Assembly: GCA_963675495.1 (NCBI GenBank)
Contig: OY776215.1
Coordinates: 1,920,001-1,984,000, forward strand
DNA length: 64,000 nucleotides
Direction: 5' to 3'
Source of the DNA: an uncultured Methanolobus sp.
Lineage (GTDB): Archaea > Halobacteriota > Methanosarcinia > Methanosarcinales > Methanosarcinaceae
Below, in pieces: positions 1 through 9,972 of this stretch (within the stretch, counting starts at the first letter, position 1; each line of letters starts with the position of its first letter). Both the position numbers and the translations under genes were made by a program. Under the pieces are notes generated by a model. That model did not search any database. It saw only the letters and a list, made by a program, of their open reading frames with translations, and was not told the DNA's origin.

Positions 1-345
1 AGAAATCGGACGTTTTCACAGAATCGGCAGAAATCTGTTGTGTCTCAATTGTGTAGCAGACCTTAAATCTATCTTGGAGCTTGAAAGATTGAAGAAAAAA
101 AAGTGCTAAATTCAGAACCATGTAGCACGAGAAAGAAGTTCATCTATGTATGAATAACCAGGAAATATTCATTGATTTTGCGATGATTTTATTGTGTAAA
201 TGAGGGTAAATATCTCGTTTTAACTATAAACAAGTAATTTGTATTTTTGGTTTTTATTAGTATCCTTCTATTTAACTCTATGAATAAATAATAGAACTTG
301 GTTATTTATTTATACAACGGTGACCTATATTGCAATTGGTACAAT

Positions 346-453
346 ATGGATGATTCGGCTAACCCTAATCTTTTCAAAGTAATGGTACTTGCACTTGTCT
401 ACCTCATGCTGCTTTCGACTGCAGCTTTATTTGCAGGTTTTTCGAGTGTTTGA
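346..453 (+). CDS. Small single-TM membrane peptide (35 aa, MDDSANPNLFKVMVLALVYLMLLSTAALFAGFSSV)
   Basis: Translated by hand, ATG..TGA. One hydrophobic helix; TATA-like tttatttata at about 302-313; resembles the peptide at 871..978. Confidence 0.5.
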   Translation: MDDSANPNLFKVMVLALVYLMLLSTAALFAGFSSV

Positions 454-561
454 TACGGGTTACTTTTCCCTGGCTACTGGCTTGAGCTTTACTCATATGA
501 CTGCCTAAAAGGTGCTATTAGGAATCAGCAGCAAAAAAGAAAATAAAAGGGAAAATAAAAG

Positions 562-765
562 TCACTCTGACTTTACCTTAACTGCAACCAGAGAGCGACC
601 CAGCTTATCTTCCAGCTTTCTGATCTCTTCCAGGTCAGTCTTGCTAAGTTCTGCATTACTAATGTCAATGCCTGAAAATGACAGTAGAGTTACATTCATT
701 TTATCTTCGAGTTCTTTGATTGATTTTACTTCTTCATCTTTGAGTGCAGAAAAGGCCCATATCAT
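562..765 (-). CDS. Small hypothetical protein (67 aa) with an internal two-fold repeat
   Basis: ORF track. RBS-like AGGAGA upstream on the - strand. Halves L(K/S)xx(E/D)xxxI(K/R)xLEDK(M/L)xx(T/S)L are similar. Confidence 0.75.
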   Translation of the reverse strand: MIWAFSALKDEEVKSIKELEDKMNVTLLSFSGIDISNAELSKTDLEEIRKLEDKLGRSLVAVKVKSE

Positions 766-870
766 TTTTTCAATCTCCTAAATATTGTTACATGTTTTCT
801 CATGCATTCTTCTCATAAGTATATAGTGGGTAAAGCTATTTATATGACATTCTCTATTTTAATGACTGTT

Positions 871-978
871 ATGTTTAGCAAGCAAACTGATTTTACTATA
901 GAAAGAATTATTCTTTTGGTATTCGTATATCTTGCATTGATGGTAAGTGTTGGTTTATTCTCTGCTATTTTCATGTAA
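871..978 (+). CDS. Small single-TM membrane peptide (35 aa, MFSKQTDFTIERIILLVFVYLALMVSVGLFSAIFM)
   Basis: Translated by hand. TATA-like tttatat at about 839-845; same length and similar VYLxL..LF core as 346..453. Confidence 0.5.
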   Translation: MFSKQTDFTIERIILLVFVYLALMVSVGLFSAIFM

Positions 979-1132
979 TCTCTTGAGATCAGGTTATTAA
1001 TATAATTGCAGTGCTAATTTTGTTATTTGGTTCTTACTCACAAAATAGTGTATGTAAAAAAGTGATTGTTTCCGAATATTCTCTTTGAAAAAAAAAATGG
1101 TGGAATTAATCGTTTTTCCGTTTTTGAGGGAG

Positions 1133-1522
1133 TTAAAAGGTCATTGTATGAATAACTTGCAGCACACTGCATTCCATAAAAATGACCATTAGGTTGTTCA
1201 CCACCAGGAACAAGCCAACAATTGCGATACTTTTTCTGGACAAAACCCACAGCAGGTCGGTCCACCTGGAATCAGAATCACTCAGAATTCTGTAGTTCCA
1301 GTAGACTATTGCAAGGAAGAATACCTTCAGAACAAGAAGAGATTCTACACCATAGCTCTGGAACACTGCTGCCAGAAAATCATTCTCTTCAAATCCATAT
1401 TCAAGAGCATGGGCAGTTGTCAGGAAATCACCAAGTACGTAAAACAATACAATATATTTGACATCCTTTAGAAATTCACATATCTTTGTGAATTGTGAAT
1501 CGTATTGGTTTACGTAACTCAT
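1133..1522 (-). CDS. DUF5658-like membrane protein
   Basis: GDxxTT..AL..G.EEN motif followed by hydrophobic helices; paralog at 48086..48382. Confidence 0.7.
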   Translation of the reverse strand: MSYVNQYDSQFTKICEFLKDVKYIVLFYVLGDFLTTAHALEYGFEENDFLAAVFQSYGVESLLVLKVFFLAIVYWNYRILSDSDSRWTDLLWVLSRKSIAIVGLFLVVNNLMVIFMECSVLQVIHTMTF

Positions 1523-1736
1523 AATGCTTTCTACTTATGGAGCCGTATATAATGTGGATGTTAAAGTATCGCACGTTTATGAGCATAAAAGTTAGTTCTA
1601 TGTAGTAATACTCTATACTAAGTGTTCATGAAAATATTTTATATGCTGTTCGTTTTGACTATACTATATTTCAGTTTGTCTTTTTCAGGCTCTACATTTG
1701 ATAACAATTTTGTACTAGTAACTACTAGATAATATT

Positions 1737-2912
1737 ATGGCCTCAACACAAGTTCCCATTGATATTTCCGCATCACTGGAAAACCACAGGTCAGATGTAT
1801 ATCTGATGGTAGGGAATTCGAACAATGCAGACATCTATTACGCAACCCGCTTCTTCGCTTCAGACGAGTTTGCTTACTTCCATACAAAAGAAGGCGCTGA
1901 AACGATCCTTATTTCTGATATGGAAAAAGGTCGAGCAGAGATCGAGTCAAGGGTGTCTGATATTCGTACACTGCAGGGGTGTGATTACAGGTCAAAGGTA
2001 AAGGAAAGAAAAGATCCATCTCTTGCTTATTGTGACTGTCTTGCAGATATTCTGCAAAAAGAGGGCGCAAGACGAGTAGCAGTTCCAAGAGATTTTCCGT
2101 ACCATATTGCTCAGACCCTCAAGGAAGAGGGTTTTTCCATAGAAGCTATCAAAAGTCCATTTGCCGAGTTGCGCTCACGAAAAGACCCCTCAGAGATCGA
2201 GATGGTAAAAAAGGTTCAGGATGCCTGCAATAAAGCAATGAAAGCGGCAGCTGAGATGGTAAAAAAATCAGAAGATGTTGAAGGTGTACTCAATTACCGT
2301 GGATTTGCCCTTACATCTGAAATGTTACGTAAAGAAATAGATATAACGCTTCTTGAACATGGATGTGAGGCAGAGAGTACCATAGTTGCCGGTGGTACAG
2401 GCTCTGCAAATCCTCATTGGGAAGGTGCAGGCCCTTTAAAGGCTAATGAACCTATTGTCATGGATATCTTCCCGCACAGCAAAAAGGAAAGATACTATGC
2501 TGACATGACCCGGACAGTGCTTAAAGGTGAGCCTTCAGAAAAGCTTGTGGACATGTATGAAGCCGTCCGCGAAGCACAGACAACCGGAATAGAAATGGTT
2601 AAGCCCGGTGTCAAATGCAGTGATATTCATAACAAAGTGTGCGATGTTTTCAAAGAAAGGGGCTACGACACCATCAGGGAAGGTTCAAATGTTGGTTTCA
2701 TCCATTCAACCGGGCATGGCGTAGGACTTGAGATACATGAAATCCCATTTGTAGGGAACAGCGATGTTGAGCTTGAGGAAGGTAACATCATTACAATAGA
2801 ACCGGGACTGTACTATCCTGATGTTGGTGGCATACGTCTGGAGGACCTTATACTGGTGACTGCAGATGGGTTTGAGAACCTCACGGAAATGGAAAAGAAA
2901 TTTGTATATTAA
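1737..2912 (+). CDS. pepQ: Xaa-Pro aminopeptidase/dipeptidase (M24B)
   Basis: YYADMTRT, HSTGHGVGLEIHE, TIEPGLY and GGIRLED metal-binding motifs. Confidence 0.9.
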   Translation: MASTQVPIDISASLENHRSDVYLMVGNSNNADIYYATRFFASDEFAYFHTKEGAETILISDMEKGRAEIESRVSDIRTLQGCDYRSKVKERKDPSLAYCDCLADILQKEGARRVAVPRDFPYHIAQTLKEEGFSIEAIKSPFAELRSRKDPSEIEMVKKVQDACNKAMKAAAEMVKKSEDVEGVLNYRGFALTSEMLRKEIDITLLEHGCEAESTIVAGGTGSANPHWEGAGPLKANEPIVMDIFPHSKKERYYADMTRTVLKGEPSEKLVDMYEAVREAQTTGIEMVKPGVKCSDIHNKVCDVFKERGYDTIREGSNVGFIHSTGHGVGLEIHEIPFVGNSDVELEEGNIITIEPGLYYPDVGGIRLEDLILVTADGFENLTEMEKKFVY

Positions 2913-2943
2913 TCCCGAAATCAAATTATAAAGGAGATTTTAA

Positions 2944-3840
2944 ATGGCTGACAAAGTTAAGGATATCGAAGAGATCATCGGCAAATACGTCAAAGCAGGA
3001 AAGATATTGTCACAGGTAAGAAGTGAGGCAAAAGACCGCATAAAGGTGGGTGTCAGCCTTCTTGAAATCGCTGATTTTGTGGAAAACAGGGCAGTGGAGC
3101 TTGGAGCGGACGGCTCAGCATTTCCCTGTAATATTTCCCGTAATGATGAGGCAGCACATGCGACTCCTCTTGCAGGGGACGAAACCGTCTTTGGTGAAGA
3201 TGTGATAAAGCTTGATCTTGGGGTTCATGTGGATGGTTATATTGCAGATTCTGCCATTACCATCGATCTTTCAGGTAATTACGGCGACCTGGTGAAAGCT
3301 TCTGAAGACGGCCTTAAAGCTGCCATCGATATCGTCAAAAATGGTGCAAATACAGCAGATATTGCCGCTGCCATTGAGGATGCCATTCTTGCCCACGACT
3401 TCAAGCCGGTGGGAAATCTTACGGGGCATGGGCTTGCACAATATATTCCTCATGCACCTCCAAGTATGCCCAATAGGAGGGTAAGCAAAGGCGTTATACT
3501 TCATACAGGTGACTTCATCGCCATAGAGCCATTTGCCACCGATGGTGCCGGAAAGGTCGTTGATGGTTTACTTACTGAGATATATCAGGTCGTAAACAAA
3601 AAACCTGTGCGTTTACCAGCAGCAAGGGCTCTTCTTAAGGAACTTGAACCATACAGGACGCTTCCGTTCGCAAAAAGATGGCTCAAAACCCCACAACTGG
3701 ACTTTGCCCTGATGCAGCTTGAAAAAGCAGGAATAGTCCATTCATATCCGGTACTCAAGGAAGTGGCCGGAGGGATGGTTGCACAGACGGAGCATACGCT
3801 TATAGTAACAGATGACGGATGCGAAGTTACAACCAAATAA
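2944..3840 (+). CDS. map: Methionine aminopeptidase type II
   Basis: AFPCNIS..AAHATP, KLDLGVHVDGYIADSA, NLTGH, AIEPFAT, QTEHT motifs. Confidence 0.95.
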   Translation: MADKVKDIEEIIGKYVKAGKILSQVRSEAKDRIKVGVSLLEIADFVENRAVELGADGSAFPCNISRNDEAAHATPLAGDETVFGEDVIKLDLGVHVDGYIADSAITIDLSGNYGDLVKASEDGLKAAIDIVKNGANTADIAAAIEDAILAHDFKPVGNLTGHGLAQYIPHAPPSMPNRRVSKGVILHTGDFIAIEPFATDGAGKVVDGLLTEIYQVVNKKPVRLPAARALLKELEPYRTLPFAKRWLKTPQLDFALMQLEKAGIVHSYPVLKEVAGGMVAQTEHTLIVTDDGCEVTTK

Positions 3841-3858
3841 AAAAGGGATGGGATAAGA

Positions 3859-4626
3859 TTGAGGATTAGGAACCTGTTATTGCTCGTTGTCTTATTCTCA
3901 ATGTTATCCCTTCCAGCAAGTGCTGCCTATGAATGGGATAATACCATCGATATAGGGACAGATGGTATGGTTTGGGAGTACACTGAAACATATTCCGGTG
4001 ATCGGTCTGTAGTATTCAAGACTTTCATCGATATGGAATTCGGGGATAATGATGGATTTGTCAGTTCATGGGAATTACTGAAAACCGATGTAAAGACCAG
4101 TAAGTCATTTATCGAGGCCATAGAGGATAATATGGATGTTAAGATCGATGACTCCTCAATGAATGTGACTCTTTTGAGAGTGGAAGCCAATATGTCCACT
4201 GAACTCATCGGACCGGTTGGTGATGAAAAAGACATAGTGAACAAGTATCAGGTTTTTTATGATTTCAAAACAACACTTACTGATTCTGGTACAAGCATGT
4301 GGTTTCAGGGTGAACCCGAAACAGAAGTAACTGTAAATCTCCCCTCTGAAATGAAATTGATTTCTGTAGAAGGTATTGACAACCAATCCGTAAAAGAAAG
4401 TTCACAAGGAACCAGTATTTCCGGTCAGTTTGGATTCACCGGAGAACTTGTTATTGAATTCTCAATTGAAGAACCACCTGTTCAGGAAAAAAAGGAAAAT
4501 GTGACTGAAATATCCCCTGCCGATATTCCATATACAGATTCTTCATCGCTACTCGATAAAATATTCCCTGGACTTACTGACAGTTTTCTTGAAAAATTAA
4601 AGTCCGACACATTTAAGAGCTTTTAA
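3859..4626 (+). CDS. Secreted acidic hypothetical protein
   Basis: N-terminal signal peptide (LLLLVVLFSMLSLPASA), acidic body, co-oriented with map. Confidence 0.7.
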   Translation: MRIRNLLLLVVLFSMLSLPASAAYEWDNTIDIGTDGMVWEYTETYSGDRSVVFKTFIDMEFGDNDGFVSSWELLKTDVKTSKSFIEAIEDNMDVKIDDSSMNVTLLRVEANMSTELIGPVGDEKDIVNKYQVFYDFKTTLTDSGTSMWFQGEPETEVTVNLPSEMKLISVEGIDNQSVKESSQGTSISGQFGFTGELVIEFSIEEPPVQEKKENVTEISPADIPYTDSSSLLDKIFPGLTDSFLEKLKSDTFKSF

Positions 4627-4652
4627 TCTCACTACGAAATCAGTGAATAGTT

Positions 4653-4940
4653 ATGCTGGTCGAAAATATAGAACTTGATAACGGCTCGGCTCTGGGCCTT
4701 AATTTCCATATGCAAAACGCTTCATTGCTTGTTATCAGGGCAGACAGGGGTTTTGTCATGTGCGGCTATCTTGATATGGATACAGCAGGGATCCTTGGTG
4801 ATGTTGCAGTTAAGGTAAAAGGTGTCAGCACTTTTGATGATGTGCTTCAGGCGCCAGTTGTCGGTGCCACCCAGAAAGCTACCAATCTTGGTATCAAAGT
4901 AGGGATGACTGGGAAAGAAGCATTAGAATTGATGTTCTGA
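4653..4940 (+). CDS. YunC/DUF1805 family protein
   Basis: GFVMCGYLD..A...GDVAVKVKGV..FDDVL.A and LGIKVGMTGKEAL signature. Confidence 0.85.
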   Translation: MLVENIELDNGSALGLNFHMQNASLLVIRADRGFVMCGYLDMDTAGILGDVAVKVKGVSTFDDVLQAPVVGATQKATNLGIKVGMTGKEALELMF

Positions 4941-5036
4941 TGTTCTATGAGGTCATTTTTCTTTATTTTTCATGCTTTGCTCTAACCGTCCATTGAAACG
5001 CTTTAAATAGTACTTCTATTCTCTATTGCAGTTATT

Positions 5037-6068
5037 ATGCTGTATGCTTTTGAGTTATCCGGGGAGCACGCTGTCCTGCCATGTAAAGAGGTATTTGCCT
5101 GTCTTTCTATGGTAGGTCTTGAGTACAGTGAGCATTCCTTTTTTGACCAGTGCCTTGTTCTTGATATTGAAGGCGAGGACATCGATGAGAAACTTATCTT
5201 TATCGCGGACAGGCTTGCTATGTCCCATCACATACTGAAAGTGGTGGGAATCTGCGATTTGGACACTGATTCAATTATAGAAATGTGTGAAGACTCCGAT
5301 CTTACCGGTTTTTTGTCCGAAGGCCAGACATACGTCGTTCGCGCAAAAAGAATCAAACATCATGGTGATGTCAAAAGAGAATACATTGAAGGCATGCTTG
5401 GGGGCAGTATTTTCCGCAAAGGATTCAGGGCAAATCTCAAAAACCCTGATGTAACATTTCGTGTTATAATGACCGACCGCGCAGTCCTTGCTACGATTCT
5501 GGTTTCTGTTGATAGGGGTGCGTATGAACACCGTGCACCACATAGAAAACCATTCTTCTATCCGGGCGTGCTTATGCCCAGAGTTGCAAGGGCGCTAGTG
5601 AACATTTCACAGGTGATGTCTGATGACATTCTTTTTGATCCTTTCAGCGGTACAGCCGGTATTCTTGTGGAAGCCGGGCTGGTGGGTGCCCATGTCATCG
5701 GTATCGAAGTCCGTCATAAGATATCCCACGGTGCCAGGCTGAACCTTGATGAGTATGAAACCGATTATTCTCTGCTGGTGGGCGACGCATGTCGTGTTCC
5801 ACTCAAAGACTCATGTGTCGATGCAATTGTGACCGACCCTCCATATGGTCGTTCTGCTGCCATAAGGGCTGAGTCCCTGCATCATCTGTATTCTGAATCC
5901 TTCGCTGAAATGTACAGGGTACTCAGGCAAGGGAAACTCGCAGTAGTGGTATCTGAGATCAAAGTGCTAGAATTTGCAGAGAATGCAGGTTTTACAGTTC
6001 TTGACGTATTCACGCAGAAAGTTCACAAGAGTCTGACAAGGACCTTCACTGTTCTCTATAAGGAATGA
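5037..6068 (+). CDS. trm11: THUMP-domain tRNA (guanine-10-N2) methyltransferase, Trm11/TrmG10
   Basis: ELSGEH N-terminus, THUMP region, RPFF/PG..PR.ARALVN-like motif, DPFSGTAG SAM motif, TDPPYG. Confidence 0.88.
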   Translation: MLYAFELSGEHAVLPCKEVFACLSMVGLEYSEHSFFDQCLVLDIEGEDIDEKLIFIADRLAMSHHILKVVGICDLDTDSIIEMCEDSDLTGFLSEGQTYVVRAKRIKHHGDVKREYIEGMLGGSIFRKGFRANLKNPDVTFRVIMTDRAVLATILVSVDRGAYEHRAPHRKPFFYPGVLMPRVARALVNISQVMSDDILFDPFSGTAGILVEAGLVGAHVIGIEVRHKISHGARLNLDEYETDYSLLVGDACRVPLKDSCVDAIVTDPPYGRSAAIRAESLHHLYSESFAEMYRVLRQGKLAVVVSEIKVLEFAENAGFTVLDVFTQKVHKSLTRTFTVLYKE

Positions 6069-6631
6069 TCAATGCATTGTTTCTGTATAAGTGACCAGTG
6101 TACTGCAAGCAATGTCTCGTATTCTTTATAATCTGAAAAACGTTCTTTAATATAATTCCAGAAACGAGGGCTGTGATTGAGTTCGATGAGATGCACCATC
6201 TCGTGGAATACTATATATTCGATTATTCCTTCCGGCAGGTGTCTCATATAGCTGTTAAAGTTCAGGTTTCCCTTTGAGCTGCAACTTCCCCACTTTGTTC
6301 TCATTTTTCTGAACCGTATCCTTTGTGGTTTTACTCCAAGTTCCGCTTCGATCATGATGGCAAAGGAGTTTACAAGTTCCTTCAGTTCCTCTACAGATCT
6401 GCCTTTAACTAACTCCACATTCGAACATGCATCTTTTAATTTCTCCATCCGGGAATACCTGTTATATATCCATCTCCGGTGCCTGTGGATTATCATTTCG
6501 TGGTTCTTGTGGGCATGCGGTACTATCAGGTACAACTGTTGGTCCCTGAACTCAAGTCTTGGATTTTTTACATCTCTGCGTATGAGTTCATAGTCTATGA
6601 CCATGTCCTTGATACTTGTTGTAAAATGCAT
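6056..6631 (-). CDS. YgjP/DUF45-like (M48/SprT-type) metal-dependent hydrolase
   Basis: MRTKWGSCS, YIVFHEMVHL..NHS..FW motifs; ends in TAG. Confidence 0.85.
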   Translation of the reverse strand: MHFTTSIKDMVIDYELIRRDVKNPRLEFRDQQLYLIVPHAHKNHEMIIHRHRRWIYNRYSRMEKLKDACSNVELVKGRSVEELKELVNSFAIMIEAELGVKPQRIRFRKMRTKWGSCSSKGNLNFNSYMRHLPEGIIEYIVFHEMVHLIELNHSPRFWNYIKERFSDYKEYETLLAVHWSLIQKQCIDHSL

Positions 6632-6657
6632 TCATCATGGTAAAAAATAAAAAAAAT

Positions 6658-7476
6658 TTATTCCATGGGGACCAGATTATCCATCACTTCTGCCATGACC
6701 CGGTGGCGTACCATATAATCGTGCACGTTCTCATTTGCCCTTCTTATTGCGTAACCATCCTTGCACCAGTCTATAGGTTGCATGTATTCTACTTCCATAA
6801 GGGTCAATCCATATGCAGACGCAGGTTCCAGTCCTTCTTCGTAAGATTCAGGGTCAAGCATCTGATTAAGCCACTGCTCGTCTCTTACTCCGCTTCCAAC
6901 CATTGTAAGGGCAGCAACCATCTTTCTTACCATATTTCTAAGAAAACTATTTGCCTGTATGTCGATCTTTGTCAGGGTTCCGCTGACACGTACATCTATT
7001 TTTTCGATATTGCGGACTGTGTTCTTGTCGCCTTGTTTGGTACAGAAATTTGCAAAATCATGTTTCCCCTCAAGTATCTTAGACGCAGATCTGATCTTGG
7101 AAATGTCGTATTGCTCCCCGCTCATGACGTATCGGTACTTACGGCTGACAGCCCATCTTCTGGGATCAAATTCATCCGGGACTTCTGCATATGCCCATAC
7201 CCATATTGAGTTTGGGAGCTTGGAATTGATTACCCTTGGTATAGCAAGGTTTGGTTTATCTGTGTCAAATGCAATTACCTGTTCCCTGGCATGAACTCCT
7301 GTATCTGTTCTCCCGGAGCTTGAAAATCGTGCTGATTTCGGGTCTTCAATGATCTCAAGCTCAGTGAGTGCACTGAACAACTCACCTTCTATCGTTGCAG
7401 CATCCGGCTGAACCTGTGATCCATTATATCCGGTGCCTACGTATGCTATTTTCAGAGCAACTCTCATACCGTTCAC
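6658..7476 (-). CDS. truA: tRNA pseudouridine(38-40) synthase
   Basis: AYVGTGYNGSQ.QP, SGRTDTGVHA, G.HDF.NF, FLRNMVRKMV. Confidence 0.95.
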   Translation of the reverse strand: MNGMRVALKIAYVGTGYNGSQVQPDAATIEGELFSALTELEIIEDPKSARFSSSGRTDTGVHAREQVIAFDTDKPNLAIPRVINSKLPNSIWVWAYAEVPDEFDPRRWAVSRKYRYVMSGEQYDISKIRSASKILEGKHDFANFCTKQGDKNTVRNIEKIDVRVSGTLTKIDIQANSFLRNMVRKMVAALTMVGSGVRDEQWLNQMLDPESYEEGLEPASAYGLTLMEVEYMQPIDWCKDGYAIRRANENVHDYMVRHRVMAEVMDNLVPME

Positions 7477-7483
7477 TCAGGCC

Positions 7484-8494
7484 TCATATGTTCTTTTTTC
7501 TATAATACATTTCTCTTACGAACAACAAAGAGATAATAAAAATACATCCAAATAGGAACCAAATGCTGACATGCGACAGGAGCCCCTGCTGAAAGATTCC
7601 TGATGCCGGCTCAGCAAGTGCTGTCATGTTATCAGTGACCCCTGTTGAAGTAGGGAGCGCAGGTGTCTGGTTTCCAGTAGCTGTGTTTACGCCTTCTCTC
7701 AAAAGGTCAGTTCCTGCATCAGTTCCATTTGGTGCAGATGATGCAAACATCTCTGGATTCATGTCATCAACAGGCAGTGTATCTGAACTTAATGATTCGG
7801 TGGGCACATCGTAATCAGGGACATCTGATGAAACCATCTGCTCGTCAAAATCAACATCCATGGCGACATCATCTGCAGGTAGTTCGGCTTCGGTGAATGC
7901 TTCAGCTTCCATTTCTGGTATATCCTGCTCCATTGCTTCTCCGCCTTCTGCAAAAGTATCCTCAATGGCCTCTTCAGTAGCAACATCCTTGCTCATGGCT
8001 GCCATTGGTTCTTCATCGAACATTGGGGCAGTAGCAGCTTCCTGTGATATTGAGGGTCCGCCCCCCATCCTTAGGTTTCTGGTCATTGCTTCAAGTCCTG
8101 TGGCTGCAAAAACAGCACCTGCAACAAGTCCCAGGTATTTTTTCAGCATACTTAAAACGGATGATCTGTCGCTTTTCATATTACCTGGAGCGACGACTAT
8201 CAATTTTTGCACCGGTTCGTATATCTTTACTTCTCTTCCCTTGCGGCTCCACTTTGTTTCTTTGACCTTTATGAGGTCTGCTTCTATAAGTCCGTCAAGA
8301 TTGTACTTGACAGTTGTAAGTGGAATTTCTAATGTTTCGGCCACGTCGCTTGCAGACATGGGTTTATCTGCAAGGATATCGAGCATTTTCATCGCTTTCT
8401 CATTGGAAAGTACCTGGGTGATCTTTTTCGATCCCTCTCCGAGGGGTACAATGAGCACTTTTTCGGAATTTGTGTTTTCTTCGTTTTCTCTCAT
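7484..8494 (-). CDS. ArsR-like wHTH regulator with two hydrophobic segments and an acidic low-complexity linker
   Basis: N-terminal HTH (MSASDVAETLEIPLTTVKYNL), hydrophobic segment YLGLVAGAVFAA, D/E/A/P-rich linker, C-terminal TM plus basic tail. Confidence 0.8.
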   Translation of the reverse strand: MRENEENTNSEKVLIVPLGEGSKKITQVLSNEKAMKMLDILADKPMSASDVAETLEIPLTTVKYNLDGLIEADLIKVKETKWSRKGREVKIYEPVQKLIVVAPGNMKSDRSSVLSMLKKYLGLVAGAVFAATGLEAMTRNLRMGGGPSISQEAATAPMFDEEPMAAMSKDVATEEAIEDTFAEGGEAMEQDIPEMEAEAFTEAELPADDVAMDVDFDEQMVSSDVPDYDVPTESLSSDTLPVDDMNPEMFASSAPNGTDAGTDLLREGVNTATGNQTPALPTSTGVTDNMTALAEPASGIFQQGLLSHVSIWFLFGCIFIISLLFVREMYYRKKNI

Positions 8495-8630
8495 ATAATG
8501 CAGTATATAAACATAGGCTTATATTTTTTCCTTTAACTTCAATTCTGTTTGAAGTCTTCACTATTTCAGGAGCAACTCGAAAAGTTAAAGAATAGCTAGA
8601 ACAATATGGGATAAATTCTAGGGGCTTATT

Positions 8631-9698
8631 ATGATTACAAAAGAAAACATCATGGAAATTGTAGGGGACTATGATCTTGACAATATTAGTATTGCAACCG
8701 TATGTTCTCACTCCAGTCTTCAGATCTTTGATGGGGCAAGGAAAGAAGGCTTCAAGACTATAGGAATTTGCGTGAAACAGCCACCGAGGTTCTATGATGC
8801 GTTTCCACTGGCAAAGCCAGATGAATTTATCGTGGTCGACAGCTATCAGGATATTCCTAATATAGTCGATGAACTCGTGGCTAAGAATGCCATTGTGATT
8901 CCACATGGTTCATTTGTAGAATATCTGGGCATAAAGAAATTTGCTGAACTTGCGGTTCCTACATTTGGAAACAGAGCAGTTCTCGAATGGGAATCTGACC
9001 GGGAAATGGAAAGAGAGTGGCTTGAAGGCGCTGGAATTCATATGCCTCGGCAGATCAAACCGGAAGATATCGATGGCCCTGTGATGGTAAAATATCATGG
9101 TGCCAAGGGTGGACGTGGTTTCTTTATTGCGAAGAATCAGGATGAGTTCGAGGAACACGTAGACCCCAATGAGAAATACACTATTCAGGAATTCATAGTG
9201 GGTACACGATATTATCTTCACTACTTTTATTCTCCTCTTCAGGAGGAAGGCTACCAGCTAAGCGAGGGTATACTTCAGATGCTCAGCATGGACCGCAGGG
9301 TAGAATCAAATGCTGATGAGATCTTCAGGCTTGGTTCACCAAAAGAGCTGGAAAATGCAGATATCCATCCAACATATGTGGTAACAGGAAATGTTCCGCT
9401 TGTTGCAAGAGAATCTCTTTTGCCATTGATCTTTGAACTTGGTGATAGAGTCGTTGAAGAGTCTATCAAACTGTTCGGTGGGATGATCGGTCCTTTCTGC
9501 CTTGAGACTGTATTCACAGACCAGCTCGAGATCAAGGTATTCGAAATATCTGCAAGAATCGTTGCAGGAACTAATATCTATCCAAATGGTTCTCCGTATT
9601 CTGATTTTGTGGAGCCTGGACTTTCCACAGGAAAGCGTATTGCACAGGAGATCCGGGCTGCCATAGATTCCAAACAGCTTGATAAGATCCTATCATAA
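8631..9698 (+). CDS. purP: Formate--phosphoribosylaminoimidazolecarboxamide ligase (PurP family)
   Basis: SHSSLQI..GA..EGF, PHGSFV.Y, GAKGGRG, GPFCLET, FEISARIVAGTN. Confidence 0.92.
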   Translation: MITKENIMEIVGDYDLDNISIATVCSHSSLQIFDGARKEGFKTIGICVKQPPRFYDAFPLAKPDEFIVVDSYQDIPNIVDELVAKNAIVIPHGSFVEYLGIKKFAELAVPTFGNRAVLEWESDREMEREWLEGAGIHMPRQIKPEDIDGPVMVKYHGAKGGRGFFIAKNQDEFEEHVDPNEKYTIQEFIVGTRYYLHYFYSPLQEEGYQLSEGILQMLSMDRRVESNADEIFRLGSPKELENADIHPTYVVTGNVPLVARESLLPLIFELGDRVVEESIKLFGGMIGPFCLETVFTDQLEIKVFEISARIVAGTNIYPNGSPYSDFVEPGLSTGKRIAQEIRAAIDSKQLDKILS

Positions 9699-9709
9699 AA
9701 ACGGGATAT

Positions 9710-9745
9710 ATCCATGAATATGCATTAAATGCAGTTTTCATGGAT
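9710..9745 (+). terminator. Hairpin downstream of purP followed by T-tracts
   Basis: ATCCATGAA..TGCATT-A-AATGCA..TTCATGGAT inverted repeat, then TTTTTT at about 9753. Confidence 0.45.
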
Positions 9746-9856
9746 CACTTGATTTTTTGCGTTCTTATTTTTGTAAATATTTGCATTCGTTACTTTTGAG
9801 TCTAATTAGATGATTTATGTCAATTAAAAAAGCTTTTTGCTACTTAGTTATTGTAT

Positions 9857-9972
9857 CAAAAGGAAAGAGGAATCTCACATAATGATGGTTTGGGTGAAGT
9901 TTGGGGTATGATACATTTAAGAATCAATGCATCAGAGGGGAATGATGTGATGACGGAGATTCCTCATTCCCC
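9857..9972 (-). ncRNA. Candidate structured small RNA (about 115 nt)
   Basis: TATA box at 9989-9996 (- strand) about 24 nt upstream. Ends pair (GGAAUGAGGAAUCUC/GAGAUUCCUCUUUCC); internal hairpin; C-rich loops; U-rich 3' end; no ORF-track call. Confidence 0.6.

Noticed and set aside
1-109. 3' end of a gene entering from the left (…LLCLNCVADLKSILELERLKKKKC)
   Set aside because: Plausible, but too short and truncated to support a call; the adjacent poly-A run is not enough to claim slippage.
6637-8906. Long antisense or alternate-frame ORFs (e.g. 6637..7209, 7860..8498, 8400..8906; likewise 18351..18863, 29204..29776, 42207..42731, 58919..59578)
   Set aside because: They are shadow frames overlapping well-supported genes and have no recognisable motifs.
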